Shown: positions 10,698 through 21,128, counted from the first letter of the stretch. The stretch is DNA of 64,000 bases from an uncultured Armatimonadetes bacterium (GCA_963717145.1 OY970325.1:1376001-1440000); one strand, 5' to 3'. Made by a program: numbers and translations. The notes: generated by a model from the sequence alone, not told the origin.

Positions 10698-11708
10698 GTG
10701 TACTACCGGGAACTCATAAGAGGATTTGCGACGATTGGTGCGATATGCCTCATCTCTCTCCTAAGCTGGAGCATGTCGATGGCGGCTACGCCAGAGGAAA
10801 CGATCGAGTTGGCCAAGGCGGGCACGAAGAACGCCGTATCCGTCATACAAAACGGGAAGGGTAAGATCACTCAGAGCGTTACCAGACATAGGCAGGACGG
10901 AAGCATCGTGGAGACGGAGGCCGTCGCGGACATGGCGTTCAGGGGAGATAAGTTCAGGATCAATGAGCTGGTCACCGAACTCAGGAATGATGTGCCTGCC
11001 GGAGTAACCGAGGAAGGCGCCAAGAAAACGTACCCTCCTGACCACAAGGCGGTTTCTTTCGATGGTGAAGAACTGACGTACTTTGAGGCGCGCACCAGGT
11101 TCCCCAGAGCTGTGGTGGGCACTGTTGAGGGTAGCGGGGGGATCATCAAGAATTACTATCAGCGAAAGAAGCTGGACTATGGCGTTCTAGAGAACCACGG
11201 CGTGTTTGACATAGGTGTCGCCATGGCCACACCCTCTTTTCCTCAGGTGGATGAAGGACTGCGGTTCGTTCGAAATGAGACGATAGACGGCAGAGACTGC
11301 ATCGTTATCGAGCACACGATCCTTACAATGTCGAAAGAATGCGATCCTCTACCCTTACGTAGCACTATCCTCGAATGGAGTATAGACACTGGTAGGGGAT
11401 TCACGATTCCACGTTATCGACTCTGGGTAGGGGATAAGGATGGGAACAACAGAATCCTGGCCGAGGAGAGGAATAACGTGGTCAGGGACTATGGCGACGG
11501 CGTATGGGGCCCATCCAAGTCCGTGGTAGTCGGGTATGCCATTGATGAGAAGGGGGAGAGGTACGAGGATACCAGGATAGTCACGCAATATGCTTCGGAT
11601 TTCGTTTTGAATGGAAATGTGACCGATAGCGACCTGACTATCAAACTACCGACTAAGACTCGGATTTGGAACTCGATAACGGGCGAAGAATCGTCCGTAG
11701 CGCCGTGA
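10698..11708 (+). CDS. Hypothetical secreted protein
   Basis: Long ORF, GGAGG RBS, signal peptide, more AT-rich than flanks. Confidence 0.7.
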   Translation: MYYRELIRGFATIGAICLISLLSWSMSMAATPEETIELAKAGTKNAVSVIQNGKGKITQSVTRHRQDGSIVETEAVADMAFRGDKFRINELVTELRNDVPAGVTEEGAKKTYPPDHKAVSFDGEELTYFEARTRFPRAVVGTVEGSGGIIKNYYQRKKLDYGVLENHGVFDIGVAMATPSFPQVDEGLRFVRNETIDGRDCIVIEHTILTMSKECDPLPLRSTILEWSIDTGRGFTIPRYRLWVGDKDGNNRILAEERNNVVRDYGDGVWGPSKSVVVGYAIDEKGERYEDTRIVTQYASDFVLNGNVTDSDLTIKLPTKTRIWNSITGEESSVAP

Positions 11709-11717
11709 ACGATGCGC

Positions 11718-13454
11718 TCAGTGAGGGCTGACGGTGTGGTGTGCGGGAGGGCGTTGAAGCCCTCCCCTACGGTTCGAGGACGACGCGCTTGATGAGGAAC
11801 CGCACACCAGATCCCCGCACGGGTCGATGCGCAGGCTGAGGAGCGGCGTCCCGGTCTTCTCCCAGCAGATGATGTCCGCGATGTCGATGCTCGGGTTCCC
11901 TTCACGCGGCCAGGAGACCACCGTGGAGGCGAACCCGCTGTGCACGGGCATCAGGCCGGTCGCCCAGAAGACCTCCATGTCCCGCTGCCCGATGCCCTCC
12001 TTCATCCCACTGATGACCTTCCCTTCGATCGTGATGTGCTTGATCTGCCCCATTGGGACCTGCATCTCCGAGAACACGATCTTCGGATCGCCTCCGGTGG
12101 TTTCGAACAGCATCCCCTCAGCGGTCCGATCCTTGATCGAGATCGCATCGAGCCCGATCTGGTCGGTCGGAATCCCGCCCTCGGTGAGGTCGATGACGTA
12201 GGGCATCTTCACATCCGGGACATCGAAGCTCTTGCCCACAGGAGCCAGCTTCGGCGTCTTGAGCGGCCAGGGCTTCGACTCGTTCTCCTCCGCGACCTTC
12301 AGCTCGTCCGGAGTGAGGACGCTCCACGACGCGATCTCCTCCGCGCTCGGAAGCTTCTCGTTCGGCGACTTCTTCCCCAACACATCCGCCATCGCCCTCA
12401 GGAATCCGAAGCCGAACTGCTTCGACGGCTCGATGCACGCTCCCTCGCCCCACTCGTTCCATGCCTCGACCATTACGACCGGCGACGCGGGGTTCGTGTT
12501 CCTGATCGCGCCCCTGAGCATCTTCGCGAAGTCCGCCGGGCTGTTGTCCGTATTGATGAACGCCTTCTCGACCCCCGCGCGGGGCCGATCGTCCCAGCCG
12601 GAGAAGGTGCTCGGCCAGTATGGAATCCCCGCCTTGATCGCCGCGCGCTGGATGTTCGGGTAGAGGCAGTCGGCGATCATCGGCGCGAGGTCGGGATACG
12701 GAACGGCCTCCGTGTCCCACGTGACGCTCGGCGGGCGCATCCAGCAGTAGGTGTAGGCGCAGAATGCGTCGAACCCGAGGCCCTTGAGCATCGACATGTA
12801 CTCCGAGGAGGCGCTGGGATAGACCGCGACGAGGTAGACGCCGGGGAGGCCGTTCTCCTTCGCACGCTGACGCATCGACGCGAGGGCATCCCGTGCGGCA
12901 TCCTCACCGCCGAAGCTCGTGAGTTGGCTGATGTCGTAGATCATGAACACCGGCCGCCCGTCGATGCGCAGGTAGTTCGGCCGATGGAAGTACCGCGCGC
13001 AGAGGAGGTCGGTCATCTCGAGGACGGCGGACTTGCCCTGATCGAGCGGCTTGAGCCACCACGGTCCGCCGTGATTGCACCAGTGCACGCAGAACTTCAC
13101 GTCGCCGGCATTCTTCGCCTGCAGAAAGCCGCGGTCGAGCGACTCGTAGAGGAACTCCTGCCCGGCGTTGTAGTACCAGTCGAACGCGATGAAGTCGATG
13201 CCGTGGGTCGCCATCCAGGGGATATAGTAGCCCCACAAGCGAGCGTCGGCATCGTTGTAGAAGCCGCATGAGGCGCGCGGGACGGCGGCCTTCATGATCG
13301 CCGACCGCCACTCGCTCGACTCGCCGCCGGGATTCCCGGGGGCGCGATACCACCCGGGGAAGTAGTAGACCCCGACCATTGGCTTGACCTCGGCGGCGTG
13401 CGATGCGACCATGACGGCGCATGTGGCGATGATAACCAGTAGCAGTCTGTGCAT
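11718..13454 (-). CDS. GH99-like/WbsX-type glycoside hydrolase; probable frameshift near the 3' end (repaired stop 11767-11769)
   Basis: VYYFPGW, FDWYY, GWDDRPR and AWNEWGEG motifs; signal peptide. Confidence 0.8.
   Translation of the reverse strand: MHRLLLVIIATCAVMVASHAAEVKPMVGVYYFPGWYRAPGNPGGESSEWRSAIMKAAVPRASCGFYNDADARLWGYYIPWMATHGIDFIAFDWYYNAGQEFLYESLDRGFLQAKNAGDVKFCVHWCNHGGPWWLKPLDQGKSAVLEMTDLLCARYFHRPNYLRIDGRPVFMIYDISQLTSFGGEDAARDALASMRQRAKENGLPGVYLVAVYPSASSEYMSMLKGLGFDAFCAYTYCWMRPPSVTWDTEAVPYPDLAPMIADCLYPNIQRAAIKAGIPYWPSTFSGWDDRPRAGVEKAFINTDNSPADFAKMLRGAIRNTNPASPVVMVEAWNEWGEGACIEPSKQFGFGFLRAMADVLGKKSPNEKLPSAEEIASWSVLTPDELKVAEENESKPWPLKTPKLAPVGKSFDVPDVKMPYVIDLTEGGIPTDQIGLDAISIKDRTAEGMLFETTGGDPKIVFSEMQVPMGQIKHITIEGKVISGMKEGIGQRDMEVFWATGLMPVHSGFASTVVSWPREGNPSIDIADIICWEKTGTPLLSLRIDPCGDLVCGSSSSASSSNRRGGLQRPPAHHTVSPH
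11745..11770. repeat. Single GTAG-type REP
   Basis: Reverse complement GTAGGGGAGGGCTTCAACGCCCTCCC, a variant of the REP inside the GH38 gene. Confidence 0.8.
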
Positions 13455-13601
13455 GGAATCCCTCCCTGTGCCGTCTCCGGCATCACACACCATATTCCAT
13501 GCCCCCCGCCCCCGATTCCTCCAGGACCGGCACGGGAAGGAACAGACACGTCTTTGTCGAAGGAGATAGCAAGTCCAATACTGACGCGAGGGGGCGGCGA
13601 T

Positions 13602-14076
13602 ATGAATGGGGAATCTGACGGCGAGGGCATTCGGTCCGAGCAGGTTCGCGCTTCACTGCGCAGTGCCTTCGCGGAGGTGGCATGTCCTTACGAGAGCTGC
13701 GACTTACCGGATGGCTACTGGCGAGATATGCGGGAGCATCTGTGGGATCTGCTTGAGCCGGAGCTCAGATGGGAACTGCCCAGGATATTGGCGAGTCTTC
13801 TTGACGATCCCGAAAGAGAGAACATCCTGGATGTCATCTCGTTCCTCGATGTGCATGGACCTCCGCCTCAGGTCCTGAGTGAGCACGTGCGAGCGGCATC
13901 GGGGCACCTGCGCGAGCACCGAGCCTCAGGCATTTGACGAGATCACACCTGAGCAGGCCGGCGCAATACTCAAGTGGCTCGAGTTCATCTGGACTCTGTA
14001 TCCGGATGGGTTCTTCTACGAGCCCTGGCTACGACGTGGCATGGACTACTGGGCAGCACGTTCTCGCAAGCCGTAG
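13602..14076 (+). pseudogene. Hypothetical gene split by a frameshift near 13924 (pseudogene or sequence error)
   Basis: Removing one C at 13924-13925 joins the two ORFs as ...HLREHRAQAFDEITPEQA... Confidence 0.6.
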
Positions 14077-14133
14077 CATGCCGAAGATCGCTCGGCTGAT
14101 TCTCCGAACCTGGGGGCGCTTGAGGGGATACGC

Positions 14134-14631
14134 GTGATGACATCGAGTCAGAAGGCTGACGATACTGCAAGTACCGTGCACATTCCTGCGCGAGTCAGGG
14201 CAGTGGTGATAGACTCGGCATCGGTCCTCGGATTGGCGTGGCTATGTAGCCGGTACCTGCACGTTCTTTGGTTTCCTGTGTCTGGAAGTGATGTGCTGGC
14301 TGTTGCCGGCTTTGCTGCATGCTGCCTCGGAACGTTCAAGGCAATCGGTGACGTGTTGGGCATCTCAGTCGTGAAAGACTTTCGCGCATCACACGGTACT
14401 GCCGCACGCGCCGCCTCTGCGCTCATCGGGCCGCTGATGATAGGATTACTCTGTCTGAGCCTGGTGTTGGGAATGGCGGTCCTCTTGATGCTGCCCAGCA
14501 GGTGGGGAAGGCCGCCTTATGCGCTCGACCGTTGGGTTGTCGCGCTTATACTCTCGACCGGTTTCTGGGTGATAACCTTCTGGCGACTCTCCAAACGTCG
14601 ACACCGCAAAGAGCCGGACGATGATGAGTAG
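14134..14631 (+). CDS. Hypothetical 4-TM membrane protein
   Basis: Four hydrophobic segments, charged tail. Confidence 0.55.
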   Translation: MMTSSQKADDTASTVHIPARVRAVVIDSASVLGLAWLCSRYLHVLWFPVSGSDVLAVAGFAACCLGTFKAIGDVLGISVVKDFRASHGTAARAASALIGPLMIGLLCLSLVLGMAVLLMLPSRWGRPPYALDRWVVALILSTGFWVITFWRLSKRRHRKEPDDDE

Positions 14632-14672
14632 GCAGGACTATCGAGTATAGAGAAAAGGGCGGGAACACGGAA

Positions 14673-15005
14673 ATGGACACAGACCACAACAAAGAGCAGC
14701 AAACCGCGCCACATTCCGGCCTGGGCACGATCTCCCTGGTCATCGCGGCCGTCAGTTTCCTCCTGTTCGCCACGTCGATCTCCCTGCCGCTCTTCGGGTC
14801 GCTGAAACACTCCGATGCCGCCCTTATACGCCTGCTTATCCTACCCTGGCTCGCCCTCAGCGCTATGGGGGTTCTCGTGGGAGTGGCGGCACGGCTGCAG
14901 AACGGCGCCAACCGCACCTTCGCCAGGATCGGTGTGATCGCCAATATCCTGCTCATTGCCGCAATCATCATCATTGTTGCACAGCTGTACGCGCCCTGCA
15001 GGTAG
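14673..15005 (+). CDS. Small 3-TM membrane protein, paralog of 31192-31518
   Basis: Shared S.LG..S..IAAV and LQ.....TFARIGV..N.LL motifs. Confidence 0.75.
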   Translation: MDTDHNKEQQTAPHSGLGTISLVIAAVSFLLFATSISLPLFGSLKHSDAALIRLLILPWLALSAMGVLVGVAARLQNGANRTFARIGVIANILLIAAIIIIVAQLYAPCR

Positions 15006-15083
15006 CCCCCGCCACCCCACGCGATTGAAATCGCCCCTACGAACGGCACGAAGTCGACCTCCGTCGACTGGCAGACGAAAGCA

Positions 15084-15142
15084 GGGCGGGGACATCATCG
15101 TCCCCGCCCATTCCGCATTCCGCATTCCCCAATCCGCATTCC
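15084..15142. terminator. GC-rich hairpin plus CATTCCG heptamer repeats between convergent genes
   Basis: GGGCGGGGAC...GTCCCCGCCC stem; related hairpin at 31530-31563. Confidence 0.6.
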
Positions 15143-15805
15143 CTACGCCGCCAGCTCACCCCTGGCCGCGGTCGTCGCCTCAGCGGACGAGGAACTCAGC
15201 TCGGTCGCCTTCGTTCCCCGGTAGCGGGCCACGTACTGATAGTCCGCCGCCGATCCGACGATCGTATCGGTGTAGGGCGAAGAGGTAGCGAAGTTGACCA
15301 ACTGATATTGGGTCTCGCCGCTCTTCTTTCGGTAGATGTTGCAGCCCAGGACACCTGCGGGCTTGCCGTTCGTGCGCTCGTTCTGCGGCGTCGGGCCGAA
15401 ATGAACGATCACCGAGCCGACCATCGACTCCAGATACAGCGAGGGCGGAGTCAGCAGCTCGATCGGTGTGGGCGACTGCACCGTGTCGTCGCGTCCCAGG
15501 CCGAGCAGTCCGCGAAGCTGATCCGTCATGCCGGGATGCTTGCAGATGCGCTGGATCAGAGGGCGCAGGATGGCCAGCGCCTCCTGGCGGTCTGTGTTCT
15601 TCAGCGCAATTGCAGAGGTTGCAAGCGCCTTCTGAAGCTGGTAGTTGGTGAGTGAATCGATGAACGCACCGCTCGCAGTGGTGATTGGGGTGAGGTTGGC
15701 GGGAATCAGGCCGACCATGCCTGCGTTGGTCGTCAGGTTGCTGACGAACGCCTGCAGCCATACGTTGAAATCGTTATCGCTTGTGGGTAGAACGTTTCTT
15801 GCCAA
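15143..15805 (-). CDS. Array-associated hypothetical protein, copy 1 (helical N-terminus, FN3-like C-terminus)
   Basis: TTG start with GGAGG RBS; clear similarity to 31605-32264 and 60734-61417. Confidence 0.85.
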   Translation of the reverse strand: MARNVLPTSDNDFNVWLQAFVSNLTTNAGMVGLIPANLTPITTASGAFIDSLTNYQLQKALATSAIALKNTDRQEALAILRPLIQRICKHPGMTDQLRGLLGLGRDDTVQSPTPIELLTPPSLYLESMVGSVIVHFGPTPQNERTNGKPAGVLGCNIYRKKSGETQYQLVNFATSSPYTDTIVGSAADYQYVARYRGTKATELSSSSAEATTAARGELAA

Positions 15806-15885
15806 GGGAATACCTCCCCAATTATGGTGTACCCGTGCGGCAGTCCGGGTCGACGATCGGTGACGGAATCCAAGTTTTTGAGGCG

Positions 15886-16051
15886 TTATTCCCGCGGAAT
15901 GACGTCCACTTCACGCGGAAGTACGACCACTTCCCGCGGAAGTGAGACCACTCCACGCGGAGGTTCGCCTTAAAAACATTTTTAAGCGCCACTTCCGGCG
16001 GAGGTTCGCCTTAAAAACGTTTTTGAGGGCCACTCCACGCGGAGGTCCGCC
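15886..16051. repeat. ~21-bp periodic array of two palindromic unit types
   Basis: Six CACTTCCCGCGGAAGT-like units and two TTAAAAAC(A/G)TTTTT(A/G)AG units. Confidence 0.9.
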
Positions 16052-16381
16052 TCATACGCTTGTTTCCTCGGGCTACACAGGCGTTTTGCTCTTGCCTCGA
16101 AGCGTCTGCTCCGAACGCGCGACTGCGCCCTTCTTCACCGAACTTGTGGCCTCTGAACTGCCTACGGTGAGATCGCCGAACTGCGCGCTCCACCGCCGAG
16201 CCACTGGTTCTATTCCATACTGGTAGGAATACTTGGGAAGGTTTTTTGAGGTTCTTTCGTGAGGGTGTTGGAGGAACAAATACATCTACGTCGAATGAGA
16301 GACTGTGCCGAATCGGCGTATGCTTTGCTTGACTGCGGTCGGTGTGCTGCGAGAATAACACGGTGTGGGAGGGGCTCCAGA

Positions 16382-17917
16382 GTGGCGCATAAGAACAGCC
16401 TAGTAGCGACTTTGCTCAGAAGCTTGGATCTTGGGAGCTCTGTTGCTGAATCAGACGGATTGCTCGAAGTGGCGCGGGTGGAGACGTCGGCATTTGCGGA
16501 TCTTATAAGTGATCGCGTCGATCTCATACCCGGCACCAAGGGGTCGGGCAAGAGCGCTCTGTTCCGTATCTTCGTGGACTTTCTACCGGACTATTTGCTC
16601 ACTCAGCGAAAAGTCGTCGTCGCCCATGGTGTACAGACGCCAGGCGATCCTGTCTTCCATACCTTTACTGAGCGGTTCCAAAAACTGACTGAAGATGAGT
16701 TTATGAGCTTCTGGTGTATCTATCTTGTGTCGCTCGCTCATGAGCAGTTTGTCAAGGGCGACCGATATAAGGCTATACTCAAGACGGCCGGGGCTGAGGT
16801 GGATGCGTTTCGGCAGGCGTGCTTGGATGCAAGGATTCCGGAGATCACTGCGAAGAAGTCGCTTCGAGCGATTCTTGAGTGGTCTTTGAATGCACTTCGT
16901 CTATGGCGCCCGAAGCTCAGATACACTCCACCTGGCGAAGTGGGAGAGATGGAGCTTGATCTATTCGGTTCTGCGGAGGACACTGCAGACCATGCGGCAG
17001 TAGTACCCAACCATCCGGTACAGCCGGAGTATGTCAGCGCGATTAGAGAGGCCTTGGATGCTCTGCTTGCCAAGACTGATTACACTCTGTGGCTTATGGT
17101 CGACAGGCTGGATGAAGTATTCCCAAGGCGTTCCGAGCTTGAAAGAACTGCGCTCCGGGCGCTACTCCGTGCAATGCGCCAGTTCTCCACTCCGAGGATT
17201 CGTGTCAAGATCTTCCTGCGCGATGATATGCTAGATCATATTGTTCGTGGTGAGAATGGGTTTACCGCCCTAACGCATGTTACAGCGAGACAATCCGATA
17301 CTCTTCGCTGGACCTCCGAGCAGCTTCTAACGATGCTTGTGAAGCGGATATTTGCCAACGACTTGCTTCCACTTCGTCTAGGTGTCAACCGAGCACAGAT
17401 TGATGCGAGCGCCAAGTACCGGGAGGAGTGCTTTTACAAAGTTTTCCCCCCAACCGTATTCCACGGAGCCAAACAGAGTCCTACGCTACGCTGGATCTGT
17501 AACCGGTGCGCTGACGGACGCGGCGTTGTGACCCCGCGGGACGTGCTCGATCTCGTGATTCGCGCGAGACAGAAGCAAGAGGACACATGTTCCCATGATC
17601 CTGAAGGTAGCATGGACTATATAATAGACTCTCCGGCGATTCAGTATGGATATGAGGAGCTCTCGAAGCGCAAGCGCCAGACTTACCTTGAGGCTGAGTT
17701 CCCCCATCTCTGGAAGCACATCGAGAAGTTCATTGACGGGAAGGCTGAGTATGACGGGGAAGCTTTGCAGGTCATCTTGGGGTCGGATTGGCGGTCGATC
17801 GCTGATGACCTGGTGGCGATAGGATTTCTATCCAAGGCTACGAAGAGCGGACGGAACATGTACTCGATCCCATTCCTCTATCGGCATAGCCTAAACGTCA
17901 CACAAGGTAAGGCCTAG
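16382..17917 (+). CDS. P-loop ATPase, FunZ/Sll1717-like
   Basis: LDLGSSVAE, Walker A GTKGSGKS, Walker B LMVDRLDE, KIFLRDD and TPRD motifs. Confidence 0.8.
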   Translation: MAHKNSLVATLLRSLDLGSSVAESDGLLEVARVETSAFADLISDRVDLIPGTKGSGKSALFRIFVDFLPDYLLTQRKVVVAHGVQTPGDPVFHTFTERFQKLTEDEFMSFWCIYLVSLAHEQFVKGDRYKAILKTAGAEVDAFRQACLDARIPEITAKKSLRAILEWSLNALRLWRPKLRYTPPGEVGEMELDLFGSAEDTADHAAVVPNHPVQPEYVSAIREALDALLAKTDYTLWLMVDRLDEVFPRRSELERTALRALLRAMRQFSTPRIRVKIFLRDDMLDHIVRGENGFTALTHVTARQSDTLRWTSEQLLTMLVKRIFANDLLPLRLGVNRAQIDASAKYREECFYKVFPPTVFHGAKQSPTLRWICNRCADGRGVVTPRDVLDLVIRARQKQEDTCSHDPEGSMDYIIDSPAIQYGYEELSKRKRQTYLEAEFPHLWKHIEKFIDGKAEYDGEALQVILGSDWRSIADDLVAIGFLSKATKSGRNMYSIPFLYRHSLNVTQGKA

Positions 17918-18094
17918 CTGTGCAGTAGCAATCGAAGCTCACAGATCTCAAGGTGGCCCTGGCGCAGGAAAACGGGAACGGGGAATATTTGCCAAACAGC
18001 CAATGGTCTGGACCGGATATCGTCATGCCGTCCCACAAGAGAACGAACGCCTGCATCCAGGTCGCATGAACGAGAATGCCCAGAAGCGCTTGGG

Positions 18095-18778
18095 TCATAC
18101 CGGCGGTTCGAGCTTGGGAGGCTCGGGGGCGGGGGCGGGCTTCTTCGTCGTCTTGCCGGCGGTGACGAGTGCGTCCGCCAGGCCGTAGATGTACGCCAGG
18201 AAGAAGACGACTCCCGTCACCAGCACCGCCGGGCTCGTGACGTAGACGAACATCTGGAGCGTATTGACGTTCCTCGGGTACGGGGGCTGCAGGAACGCCC
18301 AACTCAGCAGGAAGATAACGAACGTGCCGAAGATGAGGGCCGCCTTCGTCAGCTCGCCGTTGTAGAGCTGCCCCAGACCGGGGACGAGCGCGCTGACAAA
18401 CGCAACCACCTGGCTTCTCTCCCGCGTCACTTGGTACTTCCCAGGGTTCTGCAGCATGTCCTGGGCCATCACCTTCGCCCGCTCGGCCTCGGCGATGTCG
18501 AGCGTTGTCCTGGCGAACTTCTTCTCCAGCGAGTCCTTCCCCGGAGCGTAGTCGAGCGCGGTCCGATACTCCGCAAGCGCGGCCTGGAGCTTCCCGGCGT
18601 CATAGAGCGAATCGCCGAGCATCTCCCGAATGAGCACGTCCTTCGGGTTGAGTTCGAGCGCCCGGCGGCACGTATCCTGGGCCTCCAGTGGCTGACCTCG
18701 CAGGCGGTGTAAGTTGGCCTTCGCGAGCAGGAGTTCCAGTTCGCGCTCGCGATCGATTCCGGGATTCTCTGTCGACAT
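18095..18778 (-). CDS. TPR protein with C-terminal membrane segment
   Basis: TPR helices (ALELNPKD); SALVPGLGQLYNG membrane motif. Confidence 0.8.
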   Translation of the reverse strand: MSTENPGIDRERELELLLAKANLHRLRGQPLEAQDTCRRALELNPKDVLIREMLGDSLYDAGKLQAALAEYRTALDYAPGKDSLEKKFARTTLDIAEAERAKVMAQDMLQNPGKYQVTRERSQVVAFVSALVPGLGQLYNGELTKAALIFGTFVIFLLSWAFLQPPYPRNVNTLQMFVYVTSPAVLVTGVVFFLAYIYGLADALVTAGKTTKKPAPAPEPPKLEPPV

Positions 18779-19153
18779 CTACGCCTCTGCCTGCACTTCC
18801 TCGGGGGACATCGGCGGGGGGCTGCCTTTCTCTGCGCCGCTCCAGTAGGCTTCGAGGCGGTAGAACTCCCGCTCCTCCGGCGCGAATATGTGGACGATCA
18901 CATCGCCGTAGTCGAGGAGCACCCAGGTGGCATGTTCGTAACCCTCCAGGCGCTTGCTCTTGATGCCGTTGTCGCGCAGTTTCTCGATGACGGCGTCGGC
19001 GATGCTTCGGATATGGACGTTGGAACTGCCGCTCGCGATGACGAGGACATCCGCCATGACGGTCCTGTTGCGAACCTCGACCTTTGCGGGGTCAAGGGCC
19101 TTCTTTTCGTCCATTGCTTCGAGTACCAGACTGGTCTTTTCCTCTGATGTCAT
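18779..19153 (-). CDS. rsfS: Ribosome silencing factor
   Basis: WVLLDYGDVIVHIF...REFYRLE.YW signature. Confidence 0.97.
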   Translation of the reverse strand: MTSEEKTSLVLEAMDEKKALDPAKVEVRNRTVMADVLVIASGSSNVHIRSIADAVIEKLRDNGIKSKRLEGYEHATWVLLDYGDVIVHIFAPEEREFYRLEAYWSGAEKGSPPPMSPEEVQAEA

Positions 19154-19168
19154 ACGTTTCCTTTCTTG

Positions 19169-19278
19169 CCAGCCAACTTCCCTGGGCACCGTAGGGGCGA
19201 TCCTTCAACGGTCGCCCGTTCGTTCAGGGGGGCGACCGTTGAAGGATCGCCCCTACGGTGCCCAGGGAAGCTGGCTGG
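19169..19278. repeat. REP doublet (GTAGGGGCGATCCTTCAACGGTCGCCC) with extended outer stem
   Basis: About 49-bp near-perfect inverted arms. Confidence 0.9.
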
Positions 19279-20514
19279 TCATGTCCCCGAGGCCAGGGCG
19301 GCGAAATCCTTGCCGACGATGACGGTCACATCGGCGGGCGCGGCCTTATCCTGCTCCTGCTTGACGATCTGCGAGTTGAGCAGGAGCGCAATCTGTTGAG
19401 CGCCCTCATCGCTGCCCTTATGGTTGATCACCTCGCTGGAATCATAGTCGAACTTCGGGGCATTGCCTACGGACTTGACCTCGTACCCCTTCTTCTTCAG
19501 CATCTCGGCGGCACTCGCGCCCGCTCCGACGACTCCGCTGCCATTGAGCACTTCGATCGTCGGCAATGCGACGACCGTCTGCGGGAAGAACAGCTCCTGC
19601 ACGACCTCCGCAGTCTTGTTCGCATCCGGAATCCAGTAGCTGATACCGTGGAGCGTCTCCGGCACACCGGGCAGGGTCGCCATCTTTACCCCGGCCATGT
19701 CCAGCTTGGAGACGAACTTGGCGAGATACAGCAAGTCCTTCGGGCTCATGTCGGTCCGGACGTTCTTCGCAACGGCATCCATCGTCCGCGGAAGTTTCGG
19801 AAGGTTGGCGGGCTCCAGAGCTTTCTTCGCCAGCGCCTTCAGGAACTTCTGCTGGCGCTCGATGCGGGTGATATCACCCATCACGTCGTGCCGGAAGCGG
19901 ACGTACTGCATCGCCTTGTCACCGTCGAGCACCTGGCGACCCTTCTTCAGGTTGATGTACAAGCCGCCCCACCGGTCCGTGTAGCGCATGTTCTTGTCGA
20001 CGTCGATCTCCACTCCACCGACCGCGTCCACCGTACCCTTGAATCCCTCGACGTTCGTGACGACATAGTAGTCGGGCTGAACGCCGGTCAACTCGAACAC
20101 GATGCGAGCCGTCTCGACCGGGCCGCCCTGCGAGAAGGCGGCGTTGATCTTGGATGACTTGCCGTAGCCGTTCGCGTCGACCCGTGTGTCGCGCGGGATC
20201 GAGATCGCGGCGACGTGCTTCTTCTCCAGGTCGATCGAGGCGATGATAATCGTGTCGGAGAGTCCGCGCTGGCCCTTCATCCTCTTGCCGGTGTTGTCCT
20301 CGCCGAGCACCAGGATGTGGACCACCGGTCTTCCGTCAAACGGCTTCTCGAACACCTCTCTGACGTTCCACTTCATGCCGGTTCGGGAGATGTAGTACCC
20401 CAGGAACGAGCCCATGCCGCCCGCCGCGAGCAGACCCGCGGCCACCAGTACGACCATTCCGACGCGACTCATGCCGCGCGTATTACCGAGGCTCCGGGCT
20501 ATCCATTTCCTCAT
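19279..20514 (-). CDS. LCP (LytR-CpsA-Psr) protein with LytR C-terminal domain
   Basis: SDTII, SIPRDTRV, RFRHD..GD..RIERQQ and EVLNGSG motifs. Confidence 0.95.
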   Translation of the reverse strand: MRKWIARSLGNTRGMSRVGMVVLVAAGLLAAGGMGSFLGYYISRTGMKWNVREVFEKPFDGRPVVHILVLGEDNTGKRMKGQRGLSDTIIIASIDLEKKHVAAISIPRDTRVDANGYGKSSKINAAFSQGGPVETARIVFELTGVQPDYYVVTNVEGFKGTVDAVGGVEIDVDKNMRYTDRWGGLYINLKKGRQVLDGDKAMQYVRFRHDVMGDITRIERQQKFLKALAKKALEPANLPKLPRTMDAVAKNVRTDMSPKDLLYLAKFVSKLDMAGVKMATLPGVPETLHGISYWIPDANKTAEVVQELFFPQTVVALPTIEVLNGSGVVGAGASAAEMLKKKGYEVKSVGNAPKFDYDSSEVINHKGSDEGAQQIALLLNSQIVKQEQDKAAPADVTVIVGKDFAALASGT

Positions 20515-20516
20515 GT

Positions 20517-21128
20517 TCAATCTTCTGCGTACAATCCGTTCTTGCGTATGTATGCCTCGACGCTCGACGGCACGAGGTACCGTATCGACTTGCCGGCTGC
20601 CACTCTCCGCCGGATCTCGGTCGCGGAGATGTCGATCTCGGGCATTCGGAGCACGTCGATGCTCGACAGGAACTTCGGCGGGAGACGCCTCTCCAGTTCG
20701 AGGAGATCGAATCCCGGCCTCGGTACGGCGATGAACCGCGCCAGTTCGGGGAGGGCATCCGACTCCCGCCAGCTCTCGATCTCGAGAATCTCGTCAGCGC
20801 CGGCGATGAAGTACAATTCCACTTCCGCCCCCGTCACACCTTGCAGGGCTCGAATGGTGTCCACCGAGTAGGAAGGGCCCGGCCGTTCGATCTCGATGCG
20901 CGACACCTCGAAATGCGGGTTATCGTCGGTTCCGAGCAGAGTCATAGCGTACCGATGCTCCGCGTCCGAGATCCGATACTGCGCCTTGTGAGGCGGCTCA
21001 CCGGCGGGCACGAATACGACCCGTTCGAGGTCGAACGCGGTCCGTGCCTCCTCCGCCGCGATCAGGTGCGCCATGTGCAGGGGATCAAATGTTCCCCCCA
21101 TTATGCCGATGCGGGTCTTGTTCGTCAT
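20517..21128 (-). CDS. nadD: Nicotinate-nucleotide adenylyltransferase
   Basis: GGTFDPLH.AH and ISATEIR motifs. Confidence 0.97.
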   Translation of the reverse strand: MTNKTRIGIMGGTFDPLHMAHLIAAEEARTAFDLERVVFVPAGEPPHKAQYRISDAEHRYAMTLLGTDDNPHFEVSRIEIERPGPSYSVDTIRALQGVTGAEVELYFIAGADEILEIESWRESDALPELARFIAVPRPGFDLLELERRLPPKFLSSIDVLRMPEIDISATEIRRRVAAGKSIRYLVPSSVEAYIRKNGLYAED

